A stretch of DNA of 64,000 nucleotides from a bacterium (lineage in GTDB: Bacteria; Vulcanimicrobiota; Xenobia; Xenobiales; JADMJV01). Location: contig JASBRJ010000054.1 of the NCBI GenBank assembly GCA_030149525.1, positions 599 through 64,598 of the forward strand, read 5' to 3'. Numbering within the stretch: the first letter of the stretch is position 1; every line of letters begins with the position of its first letter. The notes under the pieces were generated by a model that was given only the letters and a program-made list of their open reading frames with translations, was not told the DNA's origin and searched no databases. Shown piece by piece: positions 36,790 to 45,581 of this stretch. The position numbers and the translations under genes were made by a program.

Positions 36790-37817
36790 ACATGTGGACC
36801 CGCAGCGGACTTCTGTTCGGAAAAATGTGGGAGGACTCAGATGTTGAGTACAAGCTGTTGCAGCAGGTCCTCGCCCGCAAAGGCAAATGCCGCGCTCTTT
36901 GCATCGCGTCTTCCGGTGATACGGCGTTTCATCTTGCCTCCGCCTCCCAAGCCGAAATTACGGCGTTCGACATCAATCCTTCTCAGATCTCTCTGTGCCG
37001 GCTCAAGCAAGCGATCCTCTCTCAGGGCGGCGGGAAAGCTTTGGCCGACCTTCTCTATTCCGACGCTCGCCCGGCCCTGGGAGTCTATAGGCTGCCTGAA
37101 GAGTGCGGGATTTTCTGGCAGCGACACAAGCCACTACTCAAGAGCGGCTTTCATCGGGCGGGTCGAGTCGACAAGATGATGGCTTTCTGGGTCTGGTTGT
37201 TCTCAAAACTTGTGGTCTCCCGCTCGCGGATCGACCAGCTTCTCAGCTGTGCCGACCTTGACCAACAAAAGGCCCTGGTGGACGGTCAATGGCGAGGCTG
37301 GAAATGGGACCTGGGCCTCAAAGTGGCTTTTTGGCCACCCATCCTTCGGGCCATCTACGGTTCTGAACTGGTGAGCGGTTTGCCCCCCGATTTCGGAGAG
37401 CAGATAGGGCAGAGAATGGTGAGGTTTTTGACCGAGTTCGAAGCCGATAAAAATCCCTACCTCTGGCAAACCTTCGGGCCCCCACGCTTGGGTCGTTCCC
37501 TTCCTCCCTACTTGAAGAGTTGGGGCATGGTGAATTTTCAAGCCGGTACGATGGAGCAGGTGGCTGAGGGGCCGTACGACCTCTTCACCCTTTCCAATAT
37601 TCTGGAAGTCGCGTCCCCATCCCAAATTCAAGAGCTGCTAGAGTCGGTGTTAAAATCGGCCGCACCGGGCGCTCTGGTCTGCTTGCGCTTCATGGCACCG
37701 CGCCCTCGGGTATGGAAAGACCAAGAATATCTAGAGGAAGAAAGCTCTGAGGCGACCCGCTCCGATCGAGCCTTCTTCTGTAACGGTATACAGCTTTATC
37801 GGATGCCGTCAGCCTAA
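36768..37817 (+). CDS. DUF3419/BtaA-like SAM-dependent 3-amino-3-carboxypropyl transferase
   Basis: FGKMWED, CIASSGDT, FDINPSQ, NPYLW, LSNILE, DRAFF. Confidence 0.75.
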   Translation: MDTFQTVNMWTRSGLLFGKMWEDSDVEYKLLQQVLARKGKCRALCIASSGDTAFHLASASQAEITAFDINPSQISLCRLKQAILSQGGGKALADLLYSDARPALGVYRLPEECGIFWQRHKPLLKSGFHRAGRVDKMMAFWVWLFSKLVVSRSRIDQLLSCADLDQQKALVDGQWRGWKWDLGLKVAFWPPILRAIYGSELVSGLPPDFGEQIGQRMVRFLTEFEADKNPYLWQTFGPPRLGRSLPPYLKSWGMVNFQAGTMEQVAEGPYDLFTLSNILEVASPSQIQELLESVLKSAAPGALVCLRFMAPRPRVWKDQEYLEEESSEATRSDRAFFCNGIQLYRMPSA

Positions 37818-37897
37818 GCACAGTCGACCGACCCGAGCCATTTTTTTTTGACCCTTTACAGATCTCTTCAAACGGGTTAGACTTCGAACTCTAAAGA

Positions 37898-37927
37898 ACG
37901 AACAAAAATTCACGTAAAGGAGTTCGC
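37898..37927. promoter_or_regulatory. Two tandem 16-bp palindromic operator sites upstream of icd copy 1
   Basis: ACGAA-caaaaa-TTCAC (37898-37913) and ACGTA-aaggag-TTCGC (37912-37927), the second covering the RBS. Confidence 0.6.
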
Positions 37928-37933
37928 GCAAAA

Positions 37934-39430
37934 ATGAGCGATACGCAAACAAAGAACGCCCCGGCCAAAGGACAACCCAAGACAGCCGTCCCCATTACCG
38001 TGGCCCACGGTGATGGAATCGGACCAGAGATCATGGGTGCAACTCTGCACATACTTCGAGAGGCGGGAGCTCTACTCGATATTGAAACTATCGATATCGG
38101 CGAGAGCGTCTACAAAGCCGGCTTCTCCTCCGGAATCAAGCCCGAAGCTTGGGATTCGCTCCGTCGGACCGGGGTATTTTTGAAAGCCCCCATCACCACT
38201 CCGCAGGGTGGCGGATACAAGAGTCTCAACGTGACCGTGAGGAAAAGCCTCGGTCTCTATGCGAATCTCAGGCCTTGTGTCGCCTATGCGCCCTACGTTC
38301 ACACCAAGCACCCCGGCATGGACGTCGTTATTGTGAGGGAGAACGAAGAAGACTTGTACGCAGGTATTGAGCACCGCCAGACCGGTGAGGTCTATCAGTG
38401 CCTCAAACTCATCTCTCGACCAGGTTGTGAGAAGGTTGTGCGATACGCTTTTGAATTCGCCCGGTCTCAGGGTCGGAAAAAAGTGACTTGCTTTACCAAA
38501 GACAACATCATGAAACTGACCGACGGTCTCTTTCATAAAGTCTTCGACGAAATTGCTCAGGAGTATTCCGACATCGAAAACGAGCATTGGATCGTGGATA
38601 TCGGAGCGGCGAAGTTGGCGGATACCCCAAGTCAGTTCGACGTTGTGGTGATGCCCAACCTTTATGGGGATATTCTCTCCGACGTGGCCGCTCAAATCGC
38701 AGGCTCCGTGGGGCTGGCAGGCTCGGCCAACATCGGCGAACACTGCGCCATGTTCGAAGCCATTCACGGCTCGGCACCTCGTCGCGCCGGTCAAAACATG
38801 GCCAATCCTTCCGGTCTGCTCCAAGGCTCGCTTTTGATGCTTGATCATATCGGACAATCCGATGTTGCGGCCAGAATCCAAGATGCCTGGCTCAAGACTC
38901 TCGAAGACGGCTATCACACCTATGACATCGCGACTCCGGAGCACACCAAGGAAACCGTCGGTACGAAAGAATTCGCAGAACATGTTGTGAAGCGTCTAGG
39001 TCAGAAGCCGGAGAAACTCCAGGGGCGAAAGATGTCGGGCTCGAGCTTTAAAGTCCCCACGGCCAAGAGACCTCTTCTCGACCGCGCGTCGCTGAAGAAA
39101 ACCACCCTGGGCGTCGACGTCTTCCTACACTGTTGCGACACCGATGCCGAGAAGCTCGGTACGAGACTTCATGCCAGCTCAACCTCCCAACTGGAACTGA
39201 AGATGATCACCAATCGAGGTCAGAAAGTTTGGCCCGACGGAATGCCGGAAACCTTCTGCACCGACCATTGGCGTTGCCGCTTCGTTCATCCGGAGGGCAA
39301 GGAGATCACCAATCGAGATGTGGTGGAACTGTTGGATAAGCTAGAGTCCAACGACTTCGACTTCATTAAGACCGAGCACCTTTGCAGTTTCGACGGAGAG
39401 CGCGGCTTTTCCATGGGACAAGGCGAGTAA
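37934..39430 (+). CDS. icd: Isocitrate dehydrogenase, long (Rickettsia/Xanthomonas-type) form, NADP-type residues
   Basis: GDGIGPE, PITTPQGGGYKSLNV, RENEEDLY, KDNIMK, NLYGDILSD, HGSAPRRAG, C-term FSMGQGE. Confidence 0.95.
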   Translation: MSDTQTKNAPAKGQPKTAVPITVAHGDGIGPEIMGATLHILREAGALLDIETIDIGESVYKAGFSSGIKPEAWDSLRRTGVFLKAPITTPQGGGYKSLNVTVRKSLGLYANLRPCVAYAPYVHTKHPGMDVVIVRENEEDLYAGIEHRQTGEVYQCLKLISRPGCEKVVRYAFEFARSQGRKKVTCFTKDNIMKLTDGLFHKVFDEIAQEYSDIENEHWIVDIGAAKLADTPSQFDVVVMPNLYGDILSDVAAQIAGSVGLAGSANIGEHCAMFEAIHGSAPRRAGQNMANPSGLLQGSLLMLDHIGQSDVAARIQDAWLKTLEDGYHTYDIATPEHTKETVGTKEFAEHVVKRLGQKPEKLQGRKMSGSSFKVPTAKRPLLDRASLKKTTLGVDVFLHCCDTDAEKLGTRLHASSTSQLELKMITNRGQKVWPDGMPETFCTDHWRCRFVHPEGKEITNRDVVELLDKLESNDFDFIKTEHLCSFDGERGFSMGQGE

Positions 39431-39454
39431 CATCACGTTCAAGGAGCTGAGAGA

Positions 39455-40924
39455 ATGTCTTATTTAGAAATGTCGGCAGAAGTACAGGCCCTGTTGAGGG
39501 TGAGCTATTCCCTACTCACACTTCTTATGCTCGGTCTGAGTTTCCCCAATTCCCATCGTTTTTTTTCCACGGAAAAATACCGCGGATACGCCGAATCAGG
39601 ACGAATCAAAGACATTCTTCTCAGCCCTTGGGGTCGGGTTATCTTGCTATCGGTTTGGGTCTCGGCCTCGTGCTGGCTCTTAATGGGCCGATATACCGTT
39701 GTAGCAGCTCTGATCTGCCTTGGTCTATCTCGCTACTTTTTCGTGAGCGCCCGTTGGACAAGCATCGCTCGCGGGATGGGAGCTCCAGGTTTCATGCTCT
39801 ACTGGCTTGGAGCTCTCGTCTTCCTTCTGGAGTACAGTTCAAAATTCGAGCCGACCGGTTACCTTCGCGCCCTGGTGCTCCTGGCGTTCAAGATCGATTT
39901 CGCCGTTATCTTCCTCTGCGCCGGACAGTATAAACTTTTCTCGGGCTACCCCCAGAACAACGGTATGGAGCGTGGGATGGTCAACCCAGGGTGGGGATAC
40001 TGGTGGAAACAGTATCGGCGTCTACCCCCCGGTCACCCTGTCTTTCGAACACTCAATCATCTCGCCTACCTCACGGAAATTGCCACAGCTGTTCTTATGA
40101 TGATTCCGAGATTTTCGGAACTAGGGGCTCTCACGCTTGCCGCCACATTCGTGTTCATTGGATGCAACATCCGGCTGGGATTTCTGTGCGAGACGGTTAT
40201 TGCTTGCTGCTTCTTATTCGGCGCTCCCGGCGGCGTCATAGACACTGTGGCGAAGTGGTTCTTCACATCCCCGCCATCCAGTGCCGGCATAACCGCTCTG
40301 GCCCCTCTCAACCTTTTCATCGCAGGCTTCCTATGTTTCTACATCCTCATGCTACCGGTGACGAAAGCCGGGCTGTATTACAACTTCTACGCTCGTAAGA
40401 GATTGCCCCAGAAATGGCAAGCGTGGCAAGACTACTGGGCCAACCTGATGGGAATCATCATCTGGCGAGTGTTCACAATCGATAACACGAACTTTTATGT
40501 GCAGGCTTGGTTTGAAAATAAGAAGACCGGTGAGCGAAGGCTCTACTCCAAAATCGGTAAGCTCGATCCGGAAGCCGATTTTCGCTACCTTCATGTTTGT
40601 GAATACGTTTGTTTCGCCTCGGTTTTCACGACCCTGAAGTACTTCCCGAGCAACTCCAACCTTTTCGTGACGAGGCTTTTGAGATACGCAAAAAGCATCC
40701 CGGTTCCCGATGAGCATGTCCTGGTCTTTGAGTATATCGATATCCAGAAAACAGAGGCGGAGTTCCGAGACGTGTCCAGTCGAGAATTTCTAGTGAATCC
40801 GGCCAACAACGAAGTGGTGGAGAAAAGCCTGGCAGACGGTAAAAGCACAACCGATCACCTGCGTTTTTCCGAACTTCACCAGGGCCATCGTGTGGGCTCC
40901 TACGCCCCCGCCGAGGCCGAGTAA
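39455..40924 (+). CDS. Polytopic membrane protein, HTTM-like
   Basis: Many TM helices; LLRVSY, FKIDFAVIFLCAGQYKL and LAYLTEI resemble HTTM motifs. Confidence 0.55.
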   Translation: MSYLEMSAEVQALLRVSYSLLTLLMLGLSFPNSHRFFSTEKYRGYAESGRIKDILLSPWGRVILLSVWVSASCWLLMGRYTVVAALICLGLSRYFFVSARWTSIARGMGAPGFMLYWLGALVFLLEYSSKFEPTGYLRALVLLAFKIDFAVIFLCAGQYKLFSGYPQNNGMERGMVNPGWGYWWKQYRRLPPGHPVFRTLNHLAYLTEIATAVLMMIPRFSELGALTLAATFVFIGCNIRLGFLCETVIACCFLFGAPGGVIDTVAKWFFTSPPSSAGITALAPLNLFIAGFLCFYILMLPVTKAGLYYNFYARKRLPQKWQAWQDYWANLMGIIIWRVFTIDNTNFYVQAWFENKKTGERRLYSKIGKLDPEADFRYLHVCEYVCFASVFTTLKYFPSNSNLFVTRLLRYAKSIPVPDEHVLVFEYIDIQKTEAEFRDVSSREFLVNPANNEVVEKSLADGKSTTDHLRFSELHQGHRVGSYAPAEAE

Positions 40925-40928
40925 GAGA

Positions 40929-41588
40929 CTACGGCTTGACGGATTTGGCCTTGGGTTCGAACCGGTAGATATCGGAGATTCCGTGCTGGCTCGTGACCTT
41001 CTCGGCCACATCTTTCAAGATGCCGTTGGAGATATCGTAAACCCATCCGTGAACATAGGGGAGCTTTCGCTTTTGCCAGGACTCTTGAATGATGGAAGTG
41101 GCGCACAGGTTGTTCACCTGCTCGATGACGTTCAACTCCACCAGACGACGGAGGCGTTCGTCTTCGTCTTCAATAGCCTCAAGCTCGTCCCGGTGCAAGC
41201 GACGGACATCCTTAATGTGGTTCAACCAGTTGTCGATCATACCGTGGCTCTTGTTGGAGAGCGAGGCGGCCACGCCACCGCAGCCATAGTGACCGCAGAC
41301 GACAACAAGCTTAACCTCCAACACGTTCACGGCGTACTCCAAGACGCTGAGACAGTTCAGATCGGTGTGGACCACCACGTTAGCAATGTTGCGATGGACA
41401 AAAACCTCGCCCGGCAGAGTACCTGTGATCTGATTGGCCGGGACTCGGCTATCAGCGCAACCGATCCAAAGCGCTTTAGGCTTTTGGGTTTCAGATAGAG
41501 ACGAGAAAAACTCGGGATTGTGAAGGTTGGTCAACTCCACAAATTTGCGATTTCCGTCTTTCAGTTGCTTGTATGTATCTTCGGGCAT
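40929..41588 (-). CDS. can: Beta-class carbonic anhydrase
   Basis: WIGCADSRV, GEVFVHRNIAN, VCGHYGCGG, ELNV, HGWVYD; RBS AAGGAG before ATG 41588. Confidence 0.95.
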   Translation of the reverse strand: MPEDTYKQLKDGNRKFVELTNLHNPEFFSSLSETQKPKALWIGCADSRVPANQITGTLPGEVFVHRNIANVVVHTDLNCLSVLEYAVNVLEVKLVVVCGHYGCGGVAASLSNKSHGMIDNWLNHIKDVRRLHRDELEAIEDEDERLRRLVELNVIEQVNNLCATSIIQESWQKRKLPYVHGWVYDISNGILKDVAEKVTSQHGISDIYRFEPKAKSVKP

Positions 41589-41682
41589 GGTAATCTCCTT
41601 GTCTGAAGATTCCGTGAATCCGAGACGAATTCCCCCGGAAAACAAGCCGTGAATTATGAGGATTTGATGAAGAAACTCCGCC

Positions 41683-42525
41683 CTAAGGATTACACACCGG
41701 ACAGTAGCAAGGGTCGGCTGATTCCCGATTGGCCATCTTCCGGCACTCGCGGTGTTGGCAAACTCGACAGACGAAGACCTCTTCTTTGATACCTTCCGTG
41801 GGATAGTCACAGAGACTGCAAGGTAGGCCTCTCACAACTTCGCGCACCCGAAAACCGGGCGATTGACAGGCGGGGCAGAAACTCCTCAGAGAGGTCACCA
41901 GGTCTCGGGTTGCTTGCTCGATGGCGGACATGCGAGTGGGATTCACCATGGCGCGCATGTCGGCTTCAATAAAGGCTCTTTGCTGCCGCCCCAAGAGAAA
42001 CTCCACAGACTCCTGGAAGATCTGGTGAGTGACGATCCCTTTCTTGAGGAACTCGAACTCTTCCGGTCCCGAACGAACGATAAGACCGTGCTTCGGGAAG
42101 CCGAGCCTTTGGGCGAACTCTTCTGCCTCCTCAAGACTCGACACCCAGCCGGAACGAAAGTTCGTCTTTGTACCGCTCCACCAGCCCTCAACGACCGTTT
42201 CGGTAGCAGCGTCCAGGAGAACGACAAGCTCGCGACCCAGAGGCACGAAAGGTATGACAGGGTGAGGCCCGTAGGCCCCCTCGCTCGCCACCGCCTTCTG
42301 CAAACCGGTCAGTTCAATCGCTTTCCTCGCTTTGGCCACAGCCGTCTCAAATTGGCTGCCCGGCCTTTCTCGCTCCCCCGAAAAGGTACCAAAGTCGTCG
42401 CTTGGGAAGTCTGGCGGCACGGTTATCAGGAGGCCGACCTGTCGCAGATGAGCTGCGATCGCCGCCTCCTTGCCATGCCTTGTGGCCAGAGCGACATCTT
42501 CAAAGGTCGCCTCCTCTTTCGACAC
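41683..42525 (-). CDS. DUF6671-like protein with C-terminal Cys-rich Zn-binding region
   Basis: ATRHGKE, FGTFSGE, ASEGAYGPHP, DMRAMVNPTRM, four CxxC pairs ending CPVCNP. Confidence 0.75.
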   Translation of the reverse strand: MSKEEATFEDVALATRHGKEAAIAAHLRQVGLLITVPPDFPSDDFGTFSGERERPGSQFETAVAKARKAIELTGLQKAVASEGAYGPHPVIPFVPLGRELVVLLDAATETVVEGWWSGTKTNFRSGWVSSLEEAEEFAQRLGFPKHGLIVRSGPEEFEFLKKGIVTHQIFQESVEFLLGRQQRAFIEADMRAMVNPTRMSAIEQATRDLVTSLRSFCPACQSPGFRVREVVRGLPCSLCDYPTEGIKEEVFVCRVCQHRECRKMANRESADPCYCPVCNP

Positions 42526-42529
42526 CGCT

Positions 42530-43012
42530 TTACCTTAGGGCGAGAGGAGAGACAAACTGGAGCTTTTCGGGATGAAGGACCAGGAACTGCCCCCGGTCTC
42601 CCTCCATCCAAGCATGCAGGCGAATCTTCTTCCTGACCAACTGATTCCCCAGCTGTTCAAACGTTGCAAGATGCCTGAACTGTCTCATAACGTGCAAGAA
42701 ATGAGTGTCCGCCTCCAGGAAACGGCAGCCGGAGTGAGTGAAAAAGACGATATCCTTGATCTGGTTTGGGTGGCTCACGAGACTCAGCACCTGTTGAACC
42801 GTGGGCCGCCATTTGTGACCACAGCAACCTCCGGGGTTCTGAATCACCCCGATCGGCTTGGAAGAGCCCAGATAACGGTCCAGTCCAAATCCCGTTTCAC
42901 TGCAGCTAAGACCAAGAATCCCTTCTGCGCGCCCCATTTTGATGTTATTAAAGAGATTCCAGAACGAACCGAGAGAGTCTATCAGTTGCTCCTCAGCTAA
43001 CAGAACACTCAT
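42530..43012 (-). CDS. Degenerate beta-carbonic anhydrase-like protein
   Basis: GLSCSET, IQNPGG, IVFFTHSGC, IRLHAW; starts 1 bp after the icd2 stop. Confidence 0.65.
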   Translation of the reverse strand: MSVLLAEEQLIDSLGSFWNLFNNIKMGRAEGILGLSCSETGFGLDRYLGSSKPIGVIQNPGGCCGHKWRPTVQQVLSLVSHPNQIKDIVFFTHSGCRFLEADTHFLHVMRQFRHLATFEQLGNQLVRKKIRLHAWMEGDRGQFLVLHPEKLQFVSPLALR

Positions 43013-43013
43013 A

Positions 43014-44519
43014 TCATTCTCCCTGTCCGAGCGAGTAGCCACGCTCTCCGGCAAAAGAGCAAAGATTCTCAGTTTTGATGAAATCGTAGCCCCGTTCCGA
43101 GAGTCGGGTGAGCAATTGAAGGATGTGGGCGTGGTTCACCGCCGAACCCTCGGGATGAACGAATCGGCATCTCCAGTGATCGGTGCAGAACGTCTCCGGA
43201 AGGGGATTGGGCCAAACCTTCTGGCCCCGATTGGTGATCATCTTGATCTTCAATTGCTCCGTGGAAGCCTCTGTGAGACCCAGTCCAAGCCTCTCGGGAT
43301 CAAGATCGGTGTGATGGAGGAAGACGTCAACGCCCATCGTTTCCTTGCGAAGTGCCTTCAGATCGAGAGTGGTTCGCTGAATCTTGGGCTTGGCAACCGA
43401 AGAGTTTTCCGATTTGAGATCGCGAACCGTCAACTGCTTTGGCGCCGAGCCCAGTCTCTCGACAACAGCATCAGCAAACTCGTCTGTACCGACCAATCTG
43501 CGGGTGTGCTCTTGGGTGGAAATGTCGAAGGTGTGAACACCGTCTTCCAGAGTTCGGAGCCAGGCTTTCTGAATTCTTGTTGCCACCTCGGGCTGGCCGA
43601 GATGAACCAACATTTGATTGGCAGCCTGGAGCAGCCCCGACGGATTGGCTTGATTCTTTCCGGCAATCTGGGGAGCCGAACCGTGAATCGCCTCGAACAT
43701 AGCACAGCTCTCCCCGATGTTGGCAGAACCGGCAAGCCCCACCGAACCGGCGATCTGTGCGGCCACGTCGGAGACGATGTCGCCATACAGATTGGGGGTC
43801 ACGATCAGATCAAAATCTTCCGGAGTGTCGGCCAGGCGAGCAACTCCGATGTCAATAATCATGTGGTCCTTCTCCAGCTCGCCGTACTCCGAACCGATCT
43901 CATCAAAAACGCGATGAAAAAGACCGTCGGTAAGCTTCATAATGTTGTCCTTGGTGAAGCAAGTGACTTTTTTTCGACCGTTGGCGCGAGCGTACTCAAA
44001 GGCAAACCTGACGATTTTCTCACAACCCGGTCTGGTGATGAGCTTCAAGCATTGATAGACTTCACCGGTCTGGCGATGCTCAATACCGGCATAGAGGTCC
44101 TCTTCATTCTCCCTGACGATGACCACATCCATACCCGGGTGACGAGTTCTTACGAAAGGTGCGTAAGCGACGCATGGCCTGAGATTGGCGTAGAGCCCAA
44201 GGCTTTTTCGGATGGTGACATTCAGACTTTTGTAGCCTCCACCTTGGGGAGTTGTAATAGGACCCTTCAGGAGAACCCCGCTCTCTCGAATCGCCTCCCA
44301 CGCCTCAGGCCGAATGCCGGAGGTGAATCCCTGCTTGTAGACTTTCTCTCCGATATCGATAGCGGTAATATCGAGCGATGCACCGGCTTCTTTGAGAATT
44401 CGCAGAGTGGCGGACATTATTTCCGGCCCGATTCCGTCACCGTAAGCCACCGCAAGGGCCGGCTTCGTGAGCGTGCCGATCTCCTGACGTTCTGTCCTGT
44501 TTTCTAGAGCAATATTCAT
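43014..44519 (-). CDS. icd: Isocitrate dehydrogenase paralog 2 with altered cofactor residues
   Basis: Same motifs as copy 1 but HGSAPQIAG and HTFDI. Confidence 0.95.
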   Translation of the reverse strand: MNIALENRTERQEIGTLTKPALAVAYGDGIGPEIMSATLRILKEAGASLDITAIDIGEKVYKQGFTSGIRPEAWEAIRESGVLLKGPITTPQGGGYKSLNVTIRKSLGLYANLRPCVAYAPFVRTRHPGMDVVIVRENEEDLYAGIEHRQTGEVYQCLKLITRPGCEKIVRFAFEYARANGRKKVTCFTKDNIMKLTDGLFHRVFDEIGSEYGELEKDHMIIDIGVARLADTPEDFDLIVTPNLYGDIVSDVAAQIAGSVGLAGSANIGESCAMFEAIHGSAPQIAGKNQANPSGLLQAANQMLVHLGQPEVATRIQKAWLRTLEDGVHTFDISTQEHTRRLVGTDEFADAVVERLGSAPKQLTVRDLKSENSSVAKPKIQRTTLDLKALRKETMGVDVFLHHTDLDPERLGLGLTEASTEQLKIKMITNRGQKVWPNPLPETFCTDHWRCRFVHPEGSAVNHAHILQLLTRLSERGYDFIKTENLCSFAGERGYSLGQGE

Positions 44520-44550
44520 CCCAAACCCTCTCCCTTTAACCTTAACTTGA

Positions 44551-44594
44551 ACGAAATTTCTTGCACGAATTTCTTTTCGTGTATCATATTTCGC
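44551..44594. promoter_or_regulatory. Three tandem 16-bp palindromic operator sites between icd2 and the regulator
   Basis: ACGAA-N6-TGCAC (44551), ACGAA-N6-TTCGT (44565), GTGTA-N6-TTCGC (44579); 14-bp period. Confidence 0.65.
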
Positions 44595-44664
44595 ACATTA
44601 ACCCGGTTGGGAGTATCTGTCAACCGCCGCAGGACGGAAATGTTCTCGGGAGAACCTGGGGGCA

Positions 44665-45012
44665 ATGTCTTCAAACTCTTGGACGTTCCTAACCAATCAC
44701 GGGCACCTTCTGCTGTGCCTGGCTGCGGAGCCTGATTTGCGAGTCCGGGAACTTGCTCTAAAGATCGGTATCACCGAGAGAGCTGTTCAGAAAATCATCG
44801 CCGAGATGGTGGAAGACGGCTATCTGGAAAAGCAAAAAGAGGGTCGACGAAACAGCTATCGCGTTGTTATGGGCCGGCACCTCAGGCATCCGGTTGAAGG
44901 TCATCGTCAGGTGGAAGACCTGATTGAAATGGTTCTTGGAGCCGAGGCGGTGGAGGCGGCTCGCCAGGTTTTTTTCGATGAAGAGACCGAAGACGAGTCG
45001 AACTCCCTTTAA
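44665..45012 (+). CDS. Winged helix-turn-helix transcriptional regulator
   Basis: WTFLTNHGHLL, LRVRELALKIGITERAVQKII, GRRNSY, LRHPVE. Confidence 0.88.
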   Translation: MSSNSWTFLTNHGHLLLCLAAEPDLRVRELALKIGITERAVQKIIAEMVEDGYLEKQKEGRRNSYRVVMGRHLRHPVEGHRQVEDLIEMVLGAEAVEAARQVFFDEETEDESNSL

Positions 45013-45099
45013 CTTAAAGATCTCTTTAGGTTTTGTTCAGGATCGAAGTCACTGCTAGAGTTAAGATCCTGACACCAAGACAACTCGGGAGATCTTTCT

Positions 45100-45330
45100 T
45101 TGCTCAGCTCTTCTTTCACTCCATCGACATTGCTCGGTTCCTCTTTGGGGACGTTTCATTCCCAACATCGCCGAAAGCGCAGGAGAAAGCGTCGCCGCCC
45201 ACCCCTGACAGTCGTTTTTTTATTGGGGGGTATCGTGGGTTACGCGTTAGCGCAAAAAGGCCTCAACAAGGGCGAAAGTGACTCAGAGAACTCGGAAGAA
45301 TCGGTTCCAACCTCCCCCGACCAGGAATAG
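45100..45330 (+). CDS. Small hypothetical membrane protein
   Basis: Arg-rich stretch, one TM helix, acidic tail. Confidence 0.4.
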   Translation: MLSSSFTPSTLLGSSLGTFHSQHRRKRRRKRRRPPLTVVFLLGGIVGYALAQKGLNKGESDSENSEESVPTSPDQE

Positions 45331-45380
45331 TTCTTACCACGCAAAAGCCGAGAGGACCCATTCTCAGGAGTTCTCCTCAC

Positions 45381-45581
45381 ATGCCTCCCAAACGTTGCGA
45401 TCTCAAACCGGGCAGTCGCGTCCGCATCGTATTGAAGAAAGATCAGAAAACCGGTGCCTTGACCGAGGGAATCGTTCAAGAGATCCTGACCAAGTCGGCC
45501 CAGCATCCACACGGAATCAAGGTGAGACTCAAGAGCGGTGAAGTGGGCCGAGTGAAAGCCGTTTGGCATGCCGACGGTTGA
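45381..45581 (+). CDS. YwbE (DUF2196) family protein
   Basis: IVLKKDQKTGALTEGIVQEILTKSAQHPHGIKVRL..GEVGRV. Confidence 0.88.
   Translation: MPPKRCDLKPGSRVRIVLKKDQKTGALTEGIVQEILTKSAQHPHGIKVRLKSGEVGRVKAVWHADG

Noticed and set aside
38072-38983. 303 aa minus-strand ORF
   Set aside because: Antisense shadow of icd1
41590-41680. Operator copies upstream of the intact carbonic anhydrase
   Set aside because: Only TTCAC/TTCGT half-sites; no full 16-bp site
42939-44507. 522 aa plus-strand ORF
   Set aside because: Antisense shadow of icd2; no recognisable motifs
37934-44519. icd duplication as an assembly artefact
   Set aside because: The copies differ at many synonymous and amino-acid positions and have different N-termini
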